Positions 41,068-49,653 of a stretch of 64,000 bases of DNA are shown here, piece after piece; the stretch's first letter is position 1; each line of letters starts with the position of its first letter. Source of the stretch: Arenimonas sp. (GTDB lineage Bacteria > Pseudomonadota > Gammaproteobacteria > Xanthomonadales > Xanthomonadaceae); assembly GCA_031428155.1 (NCBI GenBank), contig JANPOU010000069.1:25419-89418 (forward strand). Direction: 5' to 3'. The notes beneath the pieces were generated by a model. It had not been told where the DNA came from. It made no database searches and was given only the letters and a program-made list of their open reading frames with translations. The position numbers and the translations under genes are program-made.

Positions 41068-42033
41068 ATGGACCGCTACGACCGCATTTTTGCCTTGCAT
41101 AGTCGGCTTAAAGCCGCGCGTTACCCGATAACCGGCGCTATTTTGCAGGATGAACTGAATTGTTCACGCGCTACGTTGTATCGCGATATTGCATTCCTTC
41201 GCGATGCCTTGCACGCACCGATTGACAGCCATGATGAAGCGGGTTTTTCGTACAACAAAACAGAATCCGAGCAATTTGAATTGCCTGGGCTGTGGTTTAG
41301 CTCCGACGAATTGCATGCCTTGGTTGCCACGCAAGAATTATTGAATCGTAGCGGTTCGGATGTGCTTGGCCCGGCCTTGCAACCGCTTCGAAAACGCATT
41401 GATGGATTACTCGCGCAGCAAAGCAATGGCAAGCGCTGGCCGGTTGAGCGGGTTCGGGTGATTGGTTCCTATACCCGCAAACGCGACGAGCTGAGTTTTC
41501 GGCAAGTAGCGGGTTCGGTGCTTGAACGTAAGAGTATTCGCTTTGATTATAAGGCCCGCTCAACCGATCAATTAACTACGCGAACGGTATCGCCGCAGCG
41601 CTTAACGCATTACCGCGATAATTGGTATTTGGATGCCTATGATCATGAGCGCGATGCCTTGCGCAGTTTTTCGATTGACCGCATCAGCCATGTGCATGTG
41701 CTTGAGCAAGACGCTAAAGACATTAACGAGCATGAGCTTACCGAGCAATTAGCCGATAGCTACGGAATTTTTTCTGGCAAGGCGCGTTCCATGGCAACCA
41801 TTGTGTTCTCCGCCGAAGCCGCGCGCTGGGTATCTGACGAGCATTGGCATTCTCGCCAAGAAGGGCGTTTCTTGAGCGATGGCCGTTATGAGCTGAAAGT
41901 GCCGTATAGCAACCCGCGCGAATTACTGATGGATATTTTGCGTTATGGCGCCGATGCGCAAATTATTGATCCAGTTTCCCTGCGTGAAAAAGCAAAAATG
42001 AGCTTGCAATTGGCTTTAGCAAGTTATAACTAA
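41068..42033 (+). CDS. HTH-WYL-WCX transcriptional regulator (YafY/PafB/DriD-like)
   Basis: N-terminal wHTH (SRATLYRDIAFLR), RTVSPQRL, NWYLDAY, RSFSIDRI, C-terminal WCX (ILRYGADAQIIDP). Confidence 0.93.
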   Translation: MDRYDRIFALHSRLKAARYPITGAILQDELNCSRATLYRDIAFLRDALHAPIDSHDEAGFSYNKTESEQFELPGLWFSSDELHALVATQELLNRSGSDVLGPALQPLRKRIDGLLAQQSNGKRWPVERVRVIGSYTRKRDELSFRQVAGSVLERKSIRFDYKARSTDQLTTRTVSPQRLTHYRDNWYLDAYDHERDALRSFSIDRISHVHVLEQDAKDINEHELTEQLADSYGIFSGKARSMATIVFSAEAARWVSDEHWHSRQEGRFLSDGRYELKVPYSNPRELLMDILRYGADAQIIDPVSLREKAKMSLQLALASYN

Positions 42034-42054
42034 TCGGCGTGTTTTGAATAGAAA

Positions 42055-42612
42055 TTATTTTGAAGATGGAAGCTGCCCTGTGGTTTGTGGCACGCGTTGC
42101 AATTTGGCTGGGTCGTAGCCATACAGCCTAAATTTTTCACTCAGTTGCTTAAGTTCGGCATCGCTCATCATTTGCTTGCGTGAAAACACCCAAGCCATTG
42201 AACGGCCCGGATTGCCGATAAGCGCCCATTGGTAATCAGGCGATACCTCTAAAATCAATAACTGAGAGCGGATTAAGCCACCCCAAAAACGCACTTGCCA
42301 ATGGTTATTGTTGGTTCCAGGGTACACGCGCGCTTCAGCCTGCATTTGTTGCTCGGGCTGGTTGAAGGCTTTTCGGTAAGCAAACACATTATCAATTTTG
42401 CCATCGGGCTTTAATGCATACACATCAGCCGTGGCAACTTTACCATTTTCTGCAAAATACGGAATGTTGGCAATCACCCACCAGCGGCCCATGTAGCGCT
42501 CAAGATCTATATTCGCCTTGCTGGTTAGTGGTGGTGTTTTACCGGTATTGGCGAAACTATAGGCTGTAAGCGCTAGGCTAATAATAATAACGGCAGCGAT
42601 TAGTTTGCTCAT
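42055..42612 (-). CDS. Lipocalin family protein (Blc-like)
   Basis: DLERYMGRWWVIA, DYQWALIG, WVFSR; signal peptide without a lipobox Cys. Confidence 0.87.
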   Translation of the reverse strand: MSKLIAAVIIISLALTAYSFANTGKTPPLTSKANIDLERYMGRWWVIANIPYFAENGKVATADVYALKPDGKIDNVFAYRKAFNQPEQQMQAEARVYPGTNNNHWQVRFWGGLIRSQLLILEVSPDYQWALIGNPGRSMAWVFSRKQMMSDAELKQLSEKFRLYGYDPAKLQRVPQTTGQLPSSK

Positions 42613-42676
42613 AATATGCTCCTTTTAATAGACATAGTATGCGCGTTTGCATTTGAAGATGGCGTCAATATTTGAA

Positions 42677-42708
42677 TCTCAGGATTTGAGAAAAGCAGCG
42701 GCCATACT
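42677..42708 (+). promoter_or_regulatory. Palindromic regulator site TCTCA-N5-TGAGA plus -10 CATACT upstream of the 92-aa gene
   Basis: Palindrome 42677-42691; TGAGAA (42687-92), 10 bp, CATACT (42703-08). Confidence 0.6.
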
Positions 42709-42734
42709 TATTTCAACATCAATTAGGAGGTTCT

Positions 42735-43013
42735 ATGAACACACAGATTATCAGTCGACTTTTGTGGCAAATCCCAGTTCTGGTTTTTCTTGTGGCATGC
42801 CTAACTCCTAGTGTTTCTTGGGATTCGAGCACTTTCGGGCTTTGGCCGGTTTGGTTACTGAGTATTCCGCTTCTAGCATTCACAAGGCACGTATTGCTTA
42901 ATAACGAAAAGAAAATCGACATATATAGTATGAAAAGCGTGCAACTGCTTGTATTTAATCGGAAGAAACCAGTGGACAGAAAAGCATCGCAGAAAACTCG
43001 TCAAGCAGCGTAA
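42735..43013 (+). CDS. Small 2-TM membrane protein with basic tail ending in -QAA
   Basis: Strong RBS AGGAGG; two hydrophobic segments; tail RKKPVDRKASQKTRQAA. Confidence 0.75.
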   Translation: MNTQIISRLLWQIPVLVFLVACLTPSVSWDSSTFGLWPVWLLSIPLLAFTRHVLLNNEKKIDIYSMKSVQLLVFNRKKPVDRKASQKTRQAA

Positions 43014-43088
43014 GCAGTCAATGCAACAGTAATATCAATATGTGTGGTATTTTTTCGTTTCCCCTAATTTATATACAGGAAATGAAGT

Positions 43089-45170
43089 ATGCGTCTCTTG
43101 GCCTTAGCAATGGTTGTGGTGCTCGTAAATCCTGTTGGAGCACAAACAGTGAGTGATGACCCGTATTTATGGCTTGAAGATGTTGAGGCCAAAACGTCTT
43201 TAGATTGGGTCCGCGCCCGTAATGCTGAGAATACTCTAGCCAAGCAGCCGGACTTCGAAAAAGTACAAAGCGACCTGCTGGCAATTCTCGATTCCAACGC
43301 TCGTATTCCCTTAGTAGGCAAAATCGGTGATTACTACTACAACTTCTGGAAAGATAAACAGAACCCGCAGGGCATTTGGCGCCGCACTACGCTGGCGGAA
43401 TTCCGCAAAGATGCACCGGTATGGGATGTGTTGCTTGATATCGACGCGCTCGGCAAGGCCGAAGGCACCAACTGGGTGTGGGGAGGCGCAGAATGTCTGC
43501 GCCCGGCCTACGACCGCTGCCTGATTAACCTCTCGCGTGGTGGTGCCGACGCCACAGTGACCCGTGAGTTTGATATATCCGACCGCGCTTTCGTGAAAGG
43601 TGGCTTTGAGCGCCCCGAAGCCAAAGGTGATTTAGGCTGGATTGACATCAATACCGTGTACGTCGGCACCGACTTTGGGCCAGACTCGATGACCAGCTCG
43701 GGCTATGCCCGCATAGCCAAGCAGTGGCAGCGCGGCACGCCGATGTCAGACGCCAAAGTAATTTATGAAGGTAAGGACAGCGATATCGCAGTGACTGCCT
43801 TTCACGATGATACGCCGGGCTATGAGCGCGATTTTGTGTACCGCGGACTGACCTTCTACACCAACGAACTCTTCTTGCGCGGCAAGAACGGCGGCCTCAC
43901 CAAACTCGATCTGCCCGATGGCTCACAGAAAGGTGTGGTGCGCGAATGGCTGAGCGTAGAATTGCGCCAGCCTTGGAACATTGGTGGTAAGCAGCACAAG
44001 GCCGGTTCGTTACTGGCAATCAAGCTCGATGACTTTCTGGCCGGCAAGCGCGATTTTAGCGTGATGTTCGCACCCAGCGAAAACACCTCGCTGGCCAGTA
44101 ACGGCGCCACCAAGGACTACTTTTTCATCAACGTGCTCGAAGACGTCAAGAACCGCATCTATGTACTCACGCCAAGTAACGACAGTTGGAAACGCGAGCC
44201 GCTGGTCGGTGCACCAGCCTTCGGCACGGTCAGTATCAGCGCGGTGGACGCGGACGAGTCCAACGACTATTTCATGACTGTCACCGATTATCTGACCCCA
44301 ACTTCTCTACTGATGGGCAGCATCGGCAAAGCGCCTGAAAAACTTAAGCAGCTGCCAGCTTTCTTCGACGCCTCTGCCTACCAGATCAACCAGTACTTCG
44401 CTACAAGCAAGGACGGCACCAAGGTTCCGTACTTTATGGTGTCACGCAAGAACCTGAAGCGCGATGGCAACAATCCGACCTTGCTATACGGATATGGCGG
44501 CTTCGAGATTTCACTGACCCCGAACTATTCCGCAGGCGTGGGTAAGGCGTGGTTAGCTGATGGCGGCGTGTATGTGGTCGCTAATATCCGTGGTGGCGGC
44601 GAGTACGGTCCGCGTTGGCACCAGGCGGCGCTGCGCGAGAACCGTAACAAGGCTTATGAGGATTTTGCTGCCGTGGCTGAAGATCTGATCGCCCGCAAGA
44701 TTACTCAGCCTAAGCGCTTGGGCATGCAAGGCGGTAGCAATGGTGGCTTGCTGATGGGCAATATGATGGTAATGTATCCGCAGTTGTTCGGTGCCGTGGT
44801 CTGCCAAGTCCCGCTGCTCGATATGCAGCGTTATCACAAGCTGTTGGCTGGCGCATCATGGATGGCTGAATACGGTAATCCGGATGTGCCGAGCGATTGG
44901 GCATTCCTGAGCAAGTATTCGCCGTATCAGAATGTGCGCAAGGATGTGCAATATCCACCGGTGCTGTTCACCACATCAACCCGCGACGACCGCGTGCACC
45001 CAGGCCACGCACGCAAAATGATGGCGCGCATGAAGGAGCAGGGCCATGATGTGACCTACTACGAGAACATTGAGGGTGGTCACGGCGGTGCGGCCAATAA
45101 TGCCCAGTCGGCGTATATGTCGGCGCTTGCTTATACGTTCTTGAAACAGAAACTTTTTCCCAAGGACTGA
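43089..45170 (+). CDS. Prolyl oligopeptidase (S9A), secreted
   Basis: DDPYLWLED, YGYGGF, RGGGEYG, GGSNGG, DDRVHP, EGGHG. Confidence 0.93.
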   Translation: MRLLALAMVVVLVNPVGAQTVSDDPYLWLEDVEAKTSLDWVRARNAENTLAKQPDFEKVQSDLLAILDSNARIPLVGKIGDYYYNFWKDKQNPQGIWRRTTLAEFRKDAPVWDVLLDIDALGKAEGTNWVWGGAECLRPAYDRCLINLSRGGADATVTREFDISDRAFVKGGFERPEAKGDLGWIDINTVYVGTDFGPDSMTSSGYARIAKQWQRGTPMSDAKVIYEGKDSDIAVTAFHDDTPGYERDFVYRGLTFYTNELFLRGKNGGLTKLDLPDGSQKGVVREWLSVELRQPWNIGGKQHKAGSLLAIKLDDFLAGKRDFSVMFAPSENTSLASNGATKDYFFINVLEDVKNRIYVLTPSNDSWKREPLVGAPAFGTVSISAVDADESNDYFMTVTDYLTPTSLLMGSIGKAPEKLKQLPAFFDASAYQINQYFATSKDGTKVPYFMVSRKNLKRDGNNPTLLYGYGGFEISLTPNYSAGVGKAWLADGGVYVVANIRGGGEYGPRWHQAALRENRNKAYEDFAAVAEDLIARKITQPKRLGMQGGSNGGLLMGNMMVMYPQLFGAVVCQVPLLDMQRYHKLLAGASWMAEYGNPDVPSDWAFLSKYSPYQNVRKDVQYPPVLFTTSTRDDRVHPGHARKMMARMKEQGHDVTYYENIEGGHGGAANNAQSAYMSALAYTFLKQKLFPKD

Positions 45171-45227
45171 GCCATCAAAACCTACTTTAACGCCCTGCTA
45201 TTCGCTTCGCTTTCCTGGAGTACACTC

Positions 45228-47291
45228 GTGTCCGCTGAAAATCCGAAACCACCCGTCATCGTGAAAAAACCGCACGCAGTGACCGCACCGCATGGCGCCA
45301 CACGTAATGATGACTATTATTGGCTACGCGATGACACCCGAATGAATCCAGAAATGTTAGCGGTTTTAAACGCTGAAAACGTGTACGCCGATTCTATACT
45401 GGCCAGCTCGAAACCAACGGCTGAAACTTTATATAAAGAAATTACCGGGCGCATCAAGCAAGATGATTCTTCGGTGCCGTATTTCAAACATGGCTACTGG
45501 TATTACAGCCGTTTTGAAACCGGCAAAGATTACGCCATCATCGCGCGCCGAAAAACAAATATGGATGCACCGGAAGAAGTTTTGTTTGACCAAAATGTTA
45601 TGGCGGCCGGCAAAGGTTATTTCGCGATTGGTGAATGGGAAATTAGCCCAAATAATCAATTAGTGGCTTGGGCGGAAGATTCTGTTGGTCGTCGTCAGTA
45701 TCAATTATTCGTCAAAGACTTAGCTACCGGCAAAACATTCACAGATGTGGTGGAAAATATTGAGGCGAATATTGTTTGGGCCGATGATAATCAAACACTT
45801 TTTTATATCGAAAAAGACCCGATTACCTTGCTTAGTAAGCGCGTTAAAACACATGTGTTAGGCACGAAAAGTGCACTCGATAAACTGGTCTATGAAGAGC
45901 TAGATGACAGCTTTTACATGGGCATTTCGCGCACACGCTCCGAGCAGTTTATTTGCATTAACGTGCAAAGCACCATTAGCACTGAACAACGCTGTACACC
46001 AGCTGCCAAGCCAGAGAAGTTCACAGTGATTGCCGCGCGGCAAGCTGATTTTGAGTATTCCGCCGATCATCTGAATGGCCGCTGGATGATTCGCACCAAT
46101 TGGAATGCACCCAATTATAAATTAATGACATTGGCCGATAACGTACCCGTTGGCAATCGAGCCGATTGGCAGGAGTTTATTGCGCACCAAGATACAGTGT
46201 TTATTGAAGGCTTTGAATTATTCAAAAGCTTCATTGCTGTGGAAGATCGCTCCAACGCTTTGCTACGCATACGCACGCTGAGCAATGATGGTAAAAATGA
46301 GCTGGTTGCCTCAGATGAAGCCGCCTACACCATGGGTTTGAATGTTAATGCCAATCCAGACACGGCATGGCTTCGTTATAGCTACACCTCATTAACAACG
46401 CCAAACACGATTTATGAAGTGAATACTGAAAACGGTGAGCGAAAATTACTGAAACGTGACCCGATTTTAGGCGGCTATAATCCAGATGATTACGTGACTG
46501 AGCGGCAATGGGCAAGCGCTCGTGATGGCACAAAAATTCCGGTATCTATTGTGTATAAAAAAGGCTTCAAGAAAGACAGCAAGGCGGCACTTCTGCAGTA
46601 TGCTTACGGCAGCTATGGTTTGTCATCGGACCCACGCTTTTCAGTTGTGAATGTGAGTTTGCTCGATCGTGGCATGGTGTATGCCATTGCGCATATTCGC
46701 GGTGGCCAAGAAATGGGCCGCACTTGGTACGACAACGGCAAATTGTTCAACAAAATAAACACCTTCACCGACTTTATTGATGTGACGCGTTACTTAGTGA
46801 AAGAAGGCTATGCCAAATCAGATCGCGTTGCTGCATATGGCGGCTCGGCCGGTGGTTTGTTGATGGGTGTCATCTCAAATATGGCTCCGAAAGATTACAC
46901 TTTGATTATCTCGCAAGTACCGTTTGTTGATGTGGTGACCACCATGCTTGATGAAAGCATTCCGCTCACTACTAACGAATTTGATGAGTGGGGAAATCCG
47001 GCGCAAAAAAATTATTACGATTACATGCTGAGTTACTCACCATACGACCAAATTAAACGCCAAGCGTATCCAACGGTATTCGTGGGTACTGGCTTGTGGG
47101 ATTCGCAGGTACAGTATTTTGAACCAGCCAAATATGTAGCAAAATTACGTGATTTTAAAACTGGTAATAATCCAGTGGTGTTTCGCGTCAATATGGAAGC
47201 CGGCCATGGCGGAAAATCTGGTCGATTCCAACGCTATAAAGAAACCTCAGAACAGTTCGCCTATATGTTGGAAGTGCTTGGCGTTGAATAA
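45228..47291 (+). CDS. ptrB: Oligopeptidase B (S9A)
   Basis: DDYYWLRD, YGSYG, GGSAGG, PFVDVVTTMLD, DSQVQYFEPAK, AGHGG. Confidence 0.93.
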   Translation: MSAENPKPPVIVKKPHAVTAPHGATRNDDYYWLRDDTRMNPEMLAVLNAENVYADSILASSKPTAETLYKEITGRIKQDDSSVPYFKHGYWYYSRFETGKDYAIIARRKTNMDAPEEVLFDQNVMAAGKGYFAIGEWEISPNNQLVAWAEDSVGRRQYQLFVKDLATGKTFTDVVENIEANIVWADDNQTLFYIEKDPITLLSKRVKTHVLGTKSALDKLVYEELDDSFYMGISRTRSEQFICINVQSTISTEQRCTPAAKPEKFTVIAARQADFEYSADHLNGRWMIRTNWNAPNYKLMTLADNVPVGNRADWQEFIAHQDTVFIEGFELFKSFIAVEDRSNALLRIRTLSNDGKNELVASDEAAYTMGLNVNANPDTAWLRYSYTSLTTPNTIYEVNTENGERKLLKRDPILGGYNPDDYVTERQWASARDGTKIPVSIVYKKGFKKDSKAALLQYAYGSYGLSSDPRFSVVNVSLLDRGMVYAIAHIRGGQEMGRTWYDNGKLFNKINTFTDFIDVTRYLVKEGYAKSDRVAAYGGSAGGLLMGVISNMAPKDYTLIISQVPFVDVVTTMLDESIPLTTNEFDEWGNPAQKNYYDYMLSYSPYDQIKRQAYPTVFVGTGLWDSQVQYFEPAKYVAKLRDFKTGNNPVVFRVNMEAGHGGKSGRFQRYKETSEQFAYMLEVLGVE

Positions 47292-47311
47292 CGGCTTGCT
47301 TGGCTAGCTTA

Positions 47312-47545
47312 TTATTTGATTTGCGTGTCAACGTATGCGTCAAGTAGTTTTCGAATCATACGTTGATATTGTGTGTTGTGCTTACTTGCTTCAGTTTTGA
47401 AAAAATCAATACTTTTTTTACTCAATGCTAGAGTCACTTTGATTCCTTCTTCGCGAAACGCAAGCTCAGAAGGTGATGGCAGAAAGTCTGGCACCACGCT
47501 TGGTTTCCCCATCGGCTCATTACTGTATTTGATTTTTGCTTTCAT
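47312..47545 (-). CDS. BrnA/CopG-like antitoxin
   Basis: DFLPSP...KVTLALS...YQRMIRKLL RHH-like C-terminus; overlaps brnT; ATG 47545. Confidence 0.8.
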   Translation of the reverse strand: MKAKIKYSNEPMGKPSVVPDFLPSPSELAFREEGIKVTLALSKKSIDFFKTEASKHNTQYQRMIRKLLDAYVDTQIK

Positions 47546-47807
47546 AAAGTGCCTTTCCTTTACGCCAATAGCCAGCGCCATAAATTCGAATGACTTTATT
47601 GCGGTAGGTGAATCGCACCGTTAAGATGCCGCCATCAACTAATCCAATACAGTAAAACCGTTGTTCGCCTTGACTGTGCTCATTGTCCTGCACAATTAGT
47701 CGTTTGTAATCAGCGAACGCGAACTGTGCTTTGATGAAAGCAACACCATGCTTTAGCTGATTGATGGCATCTTTGACTTGGTCCCATTCGAAATGTGGCT
47801 CAGTCAT
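47520..47807 (-). CDS. brnT: BrnT family toxin (DUF497)
   Basis: FEWDxxK, KHGVAF, HSQGEQRF, ILTVRFTYR, IRIYGA. Confidence 0.88.
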   Translation of the reverse strand: MTEPHFEWDQVKDAINQLKHGVAFIKAQFAFADYKRLIVQDNEHSQGEQRFYCIGLVDGGILTVRFTYRNKVIRIYGAGYWRKGKALYESKNQIQ

Positions 47808-48025
47808 GGCATTAGCTTACATAAAAACCATATAAATAGCCATATATAAATATGTATAATGGTGATGGTCAAGTATCGTTAAATGGGTGAATACATGTTT
47901 TGTGCCCACTGAATAAATTTGCTGCACTAATTTAATCTGCGAAGGCGCACTATGTGAATCAGAAACTTGCTCATGTTTTGGTCAGAAAATACTGAACTCA
48001 AGTAAGAACCCGCTATACTTTCCCC

Positions 48026-48154
48026 ATGAATAAATATTCTGTAAAAATTGTATTGGCTGCCTTAGCGTTATGTTTGCTGGTTTCCGCGTGCGGCAACAAA
48101 GGCCCTTTGGTGAAGCCCGATGAAACGCCAGCAGAGGCTGAGGCTTCGCAGTAA
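48026..48154 (+). CDS. lptM: LPS translocon maturation lipoprotein LptM/YifL (42 aa; absent from the ORF track)
   Basis: MNKYSVKIVLAALALCLLVSA-CGNKGPLVKP...; lipobox plus CGxKGPL; stop overlaps dapF start (TAATG). Confidence 0.88.
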   Translation: MNKYSVKIVLAALALCLLVSACGNKGPLVKPDETPAEAEASQ

Positions 48155-48984
48155 TGTCTTGGCAATTCAGTAAAATGCATGGTGCGGGCAACGATTTTGT
48201 GGTGCTCGATTGCCGCACAAACTCAGGCTTACCTGACAGTGAATTAATTCGTTTAATGGGCGACAGGCAATTTGGCATTGGTTTTGACCAACTATTAGTC
48301 ATTGAGTCGCCACAATCGGCGCAGGCCATCGCCTCATACAGAATCATTAACCAAGACGGTAGTTTTGCCCAGCAATGCGGCAATGGCGCACGCTGTATCG
48401 CGCATTGGTTGGTTTTGCGCAAGATTGCCAATACACCCACATTTACCATGGATAGTCCGGCGGGGTTGATACAGGTTAGCCATGTTGACGGCTTTTACAC
48501 ATTAGCCATGGGCCAGCCGTTTTTTGCGCCGGATGATATACCCTTGGTGGCCGAACAAGCCAGCCTGACTTACCAGTTGCCGTTCGAGGGTCAGATTATT
48601 GAGTTTTCGGCAGTTTCCATGGGTAATCCACATGCCGTGATTCGAGTTGAAAATTGTTTTGATGCGCCGGTAGAGCGTTGGGCGAAGTTCGTTCAGGCCG
48701 CCAAGGTATTTCCAGAAGGTGTGAATGTCGGTTTTGCAGAAGTGGTTACCCGCCAACATATTCGTTTGCGTGTCTATGAGCGAGGCGTGGGTGAAACCTT
48801 GGCTTGTGGTTCTGGTGCTTGCGCAGCAGCAGTTAGTTTGATGCGTTTAGGTTTGGTTGATCGCCAGCTTGATGTGCATTTGCCCGGCGGCGTTTTGCGA
48901 ATACAGTGGGACAGTGATGATGCCGAAGTGCTTATGACTGGCCCAGCCAAATTAGTGTATGAAGGAGAATGGTGTAATGATTGA
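48154..48984 (+). CDS. dapF: Diaminopimelate epimerase
   Basis: KMHGAGNDF, QCGNGARC, SMGNPH, ERGVGETLACGSG. Confidence 0.97.
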   Translation: MSWQFSKMHGAGNDFVVLDCRTNSGLPDSELIRLMGDRQFGIGFDQLLVIESPQSAQAIASYRIINQDGSFAQQCGNGARCIAHWLVLRKIANTPTFTMDSPAGLIQVSHVDGFYTLAMGQPFFAPDDIPLVAEQASLTYQLPFEGQIIEFSAVSMGNPHAVIRVENCFDAPVERWAKFVQAAKVFPEGVNVGFAEVVTRQHIRLRVYERGVGETLACGSGACAAAVSLMRLGLVDRQLDVHLPGGVLRIQWDSDDAEVLMTGPAKLVYEGEWCND

Positions 48985-49651
48985 CGATAGGCCAGAAAAA
49001 TTGAGCGCCCATGAAGTAGCAGTATGGTTGCGCCGGCATCCAAGCTTTCTTGGGCAGTTCCCTGATTTAGCCAGCAGCTTAGTGGTACCGAAAGAGGATG
49101 GTAAAACTGCTTCGCTATCAAGTTATCAACTGGAAATATTGCGTGATAAAAACCGCGATTTGAATCATCGCTTGCATGAGCTGAATGCCAATGCGCAAGA
49201 CAATGAGAAACTCTCGCAGCATATTCATGAATTATCCTTGGCATTAATTCGGGCCAATACTTCAGCTGAAGTGGTGAAAACGCTTGCTGCCAGTTTAAAA
49301 GAAGATTTCGCCAGTGAATCGGTGCGGATTATCAATTTCTCAACACTAGTAGGCCTTTCCGCTGATTGGTACAGTTGCATAGAAGAAAACGATGCGCGGA
49401 TGATGCCGTTTGTGGATTGCTTAGCCAGTGGCGAGCCAATCTGCGGCCGTTTGAATGCCGAGAAAACCCAAGTTTTATTCGGTGCAGATCTGCAATACAC
49501 GCAATCAGTTGCCTTAATCCCAGTCAGCGGTATTGGCTTAATTGCCGTCGGCAGTGCCGACAGTCATCGCTTTTATCCGGGCATGGGCACGTTGTTTTTA
49601 CGCTGGATTGGTGAGTTGTATCAGGTTGCCATGTTGCGCTGCAAACGCTGA
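48977..49651 (+). CDS. DUF484 (YigA) family protein
   Basis: WLRRHPSF, SLSSYQLEILR, RFYPGMGTLFL; between dapF and xerC. Confidence 0.9.
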   Translation: MIDDRPEKLSAHEVAVWLRRHPSFLGQFPDLASSLVVPKEDGKTASLSSYQLEILRDKNRDLNHRLHELNANAQDNEKLSQHIHELSLALIRANTSAEVVKTLAASLKEDFASESVRIINFSTLVGLSADWYSCIEENDARMMPFVDCLASGEPICGRLNAEKTQVLFGADLQYTQSVALIPVSGIGLIAVGSADSHRFYPGMGTLFLRWIGELYQVAMLRCKR

Positions 49652-49653
49652 GT

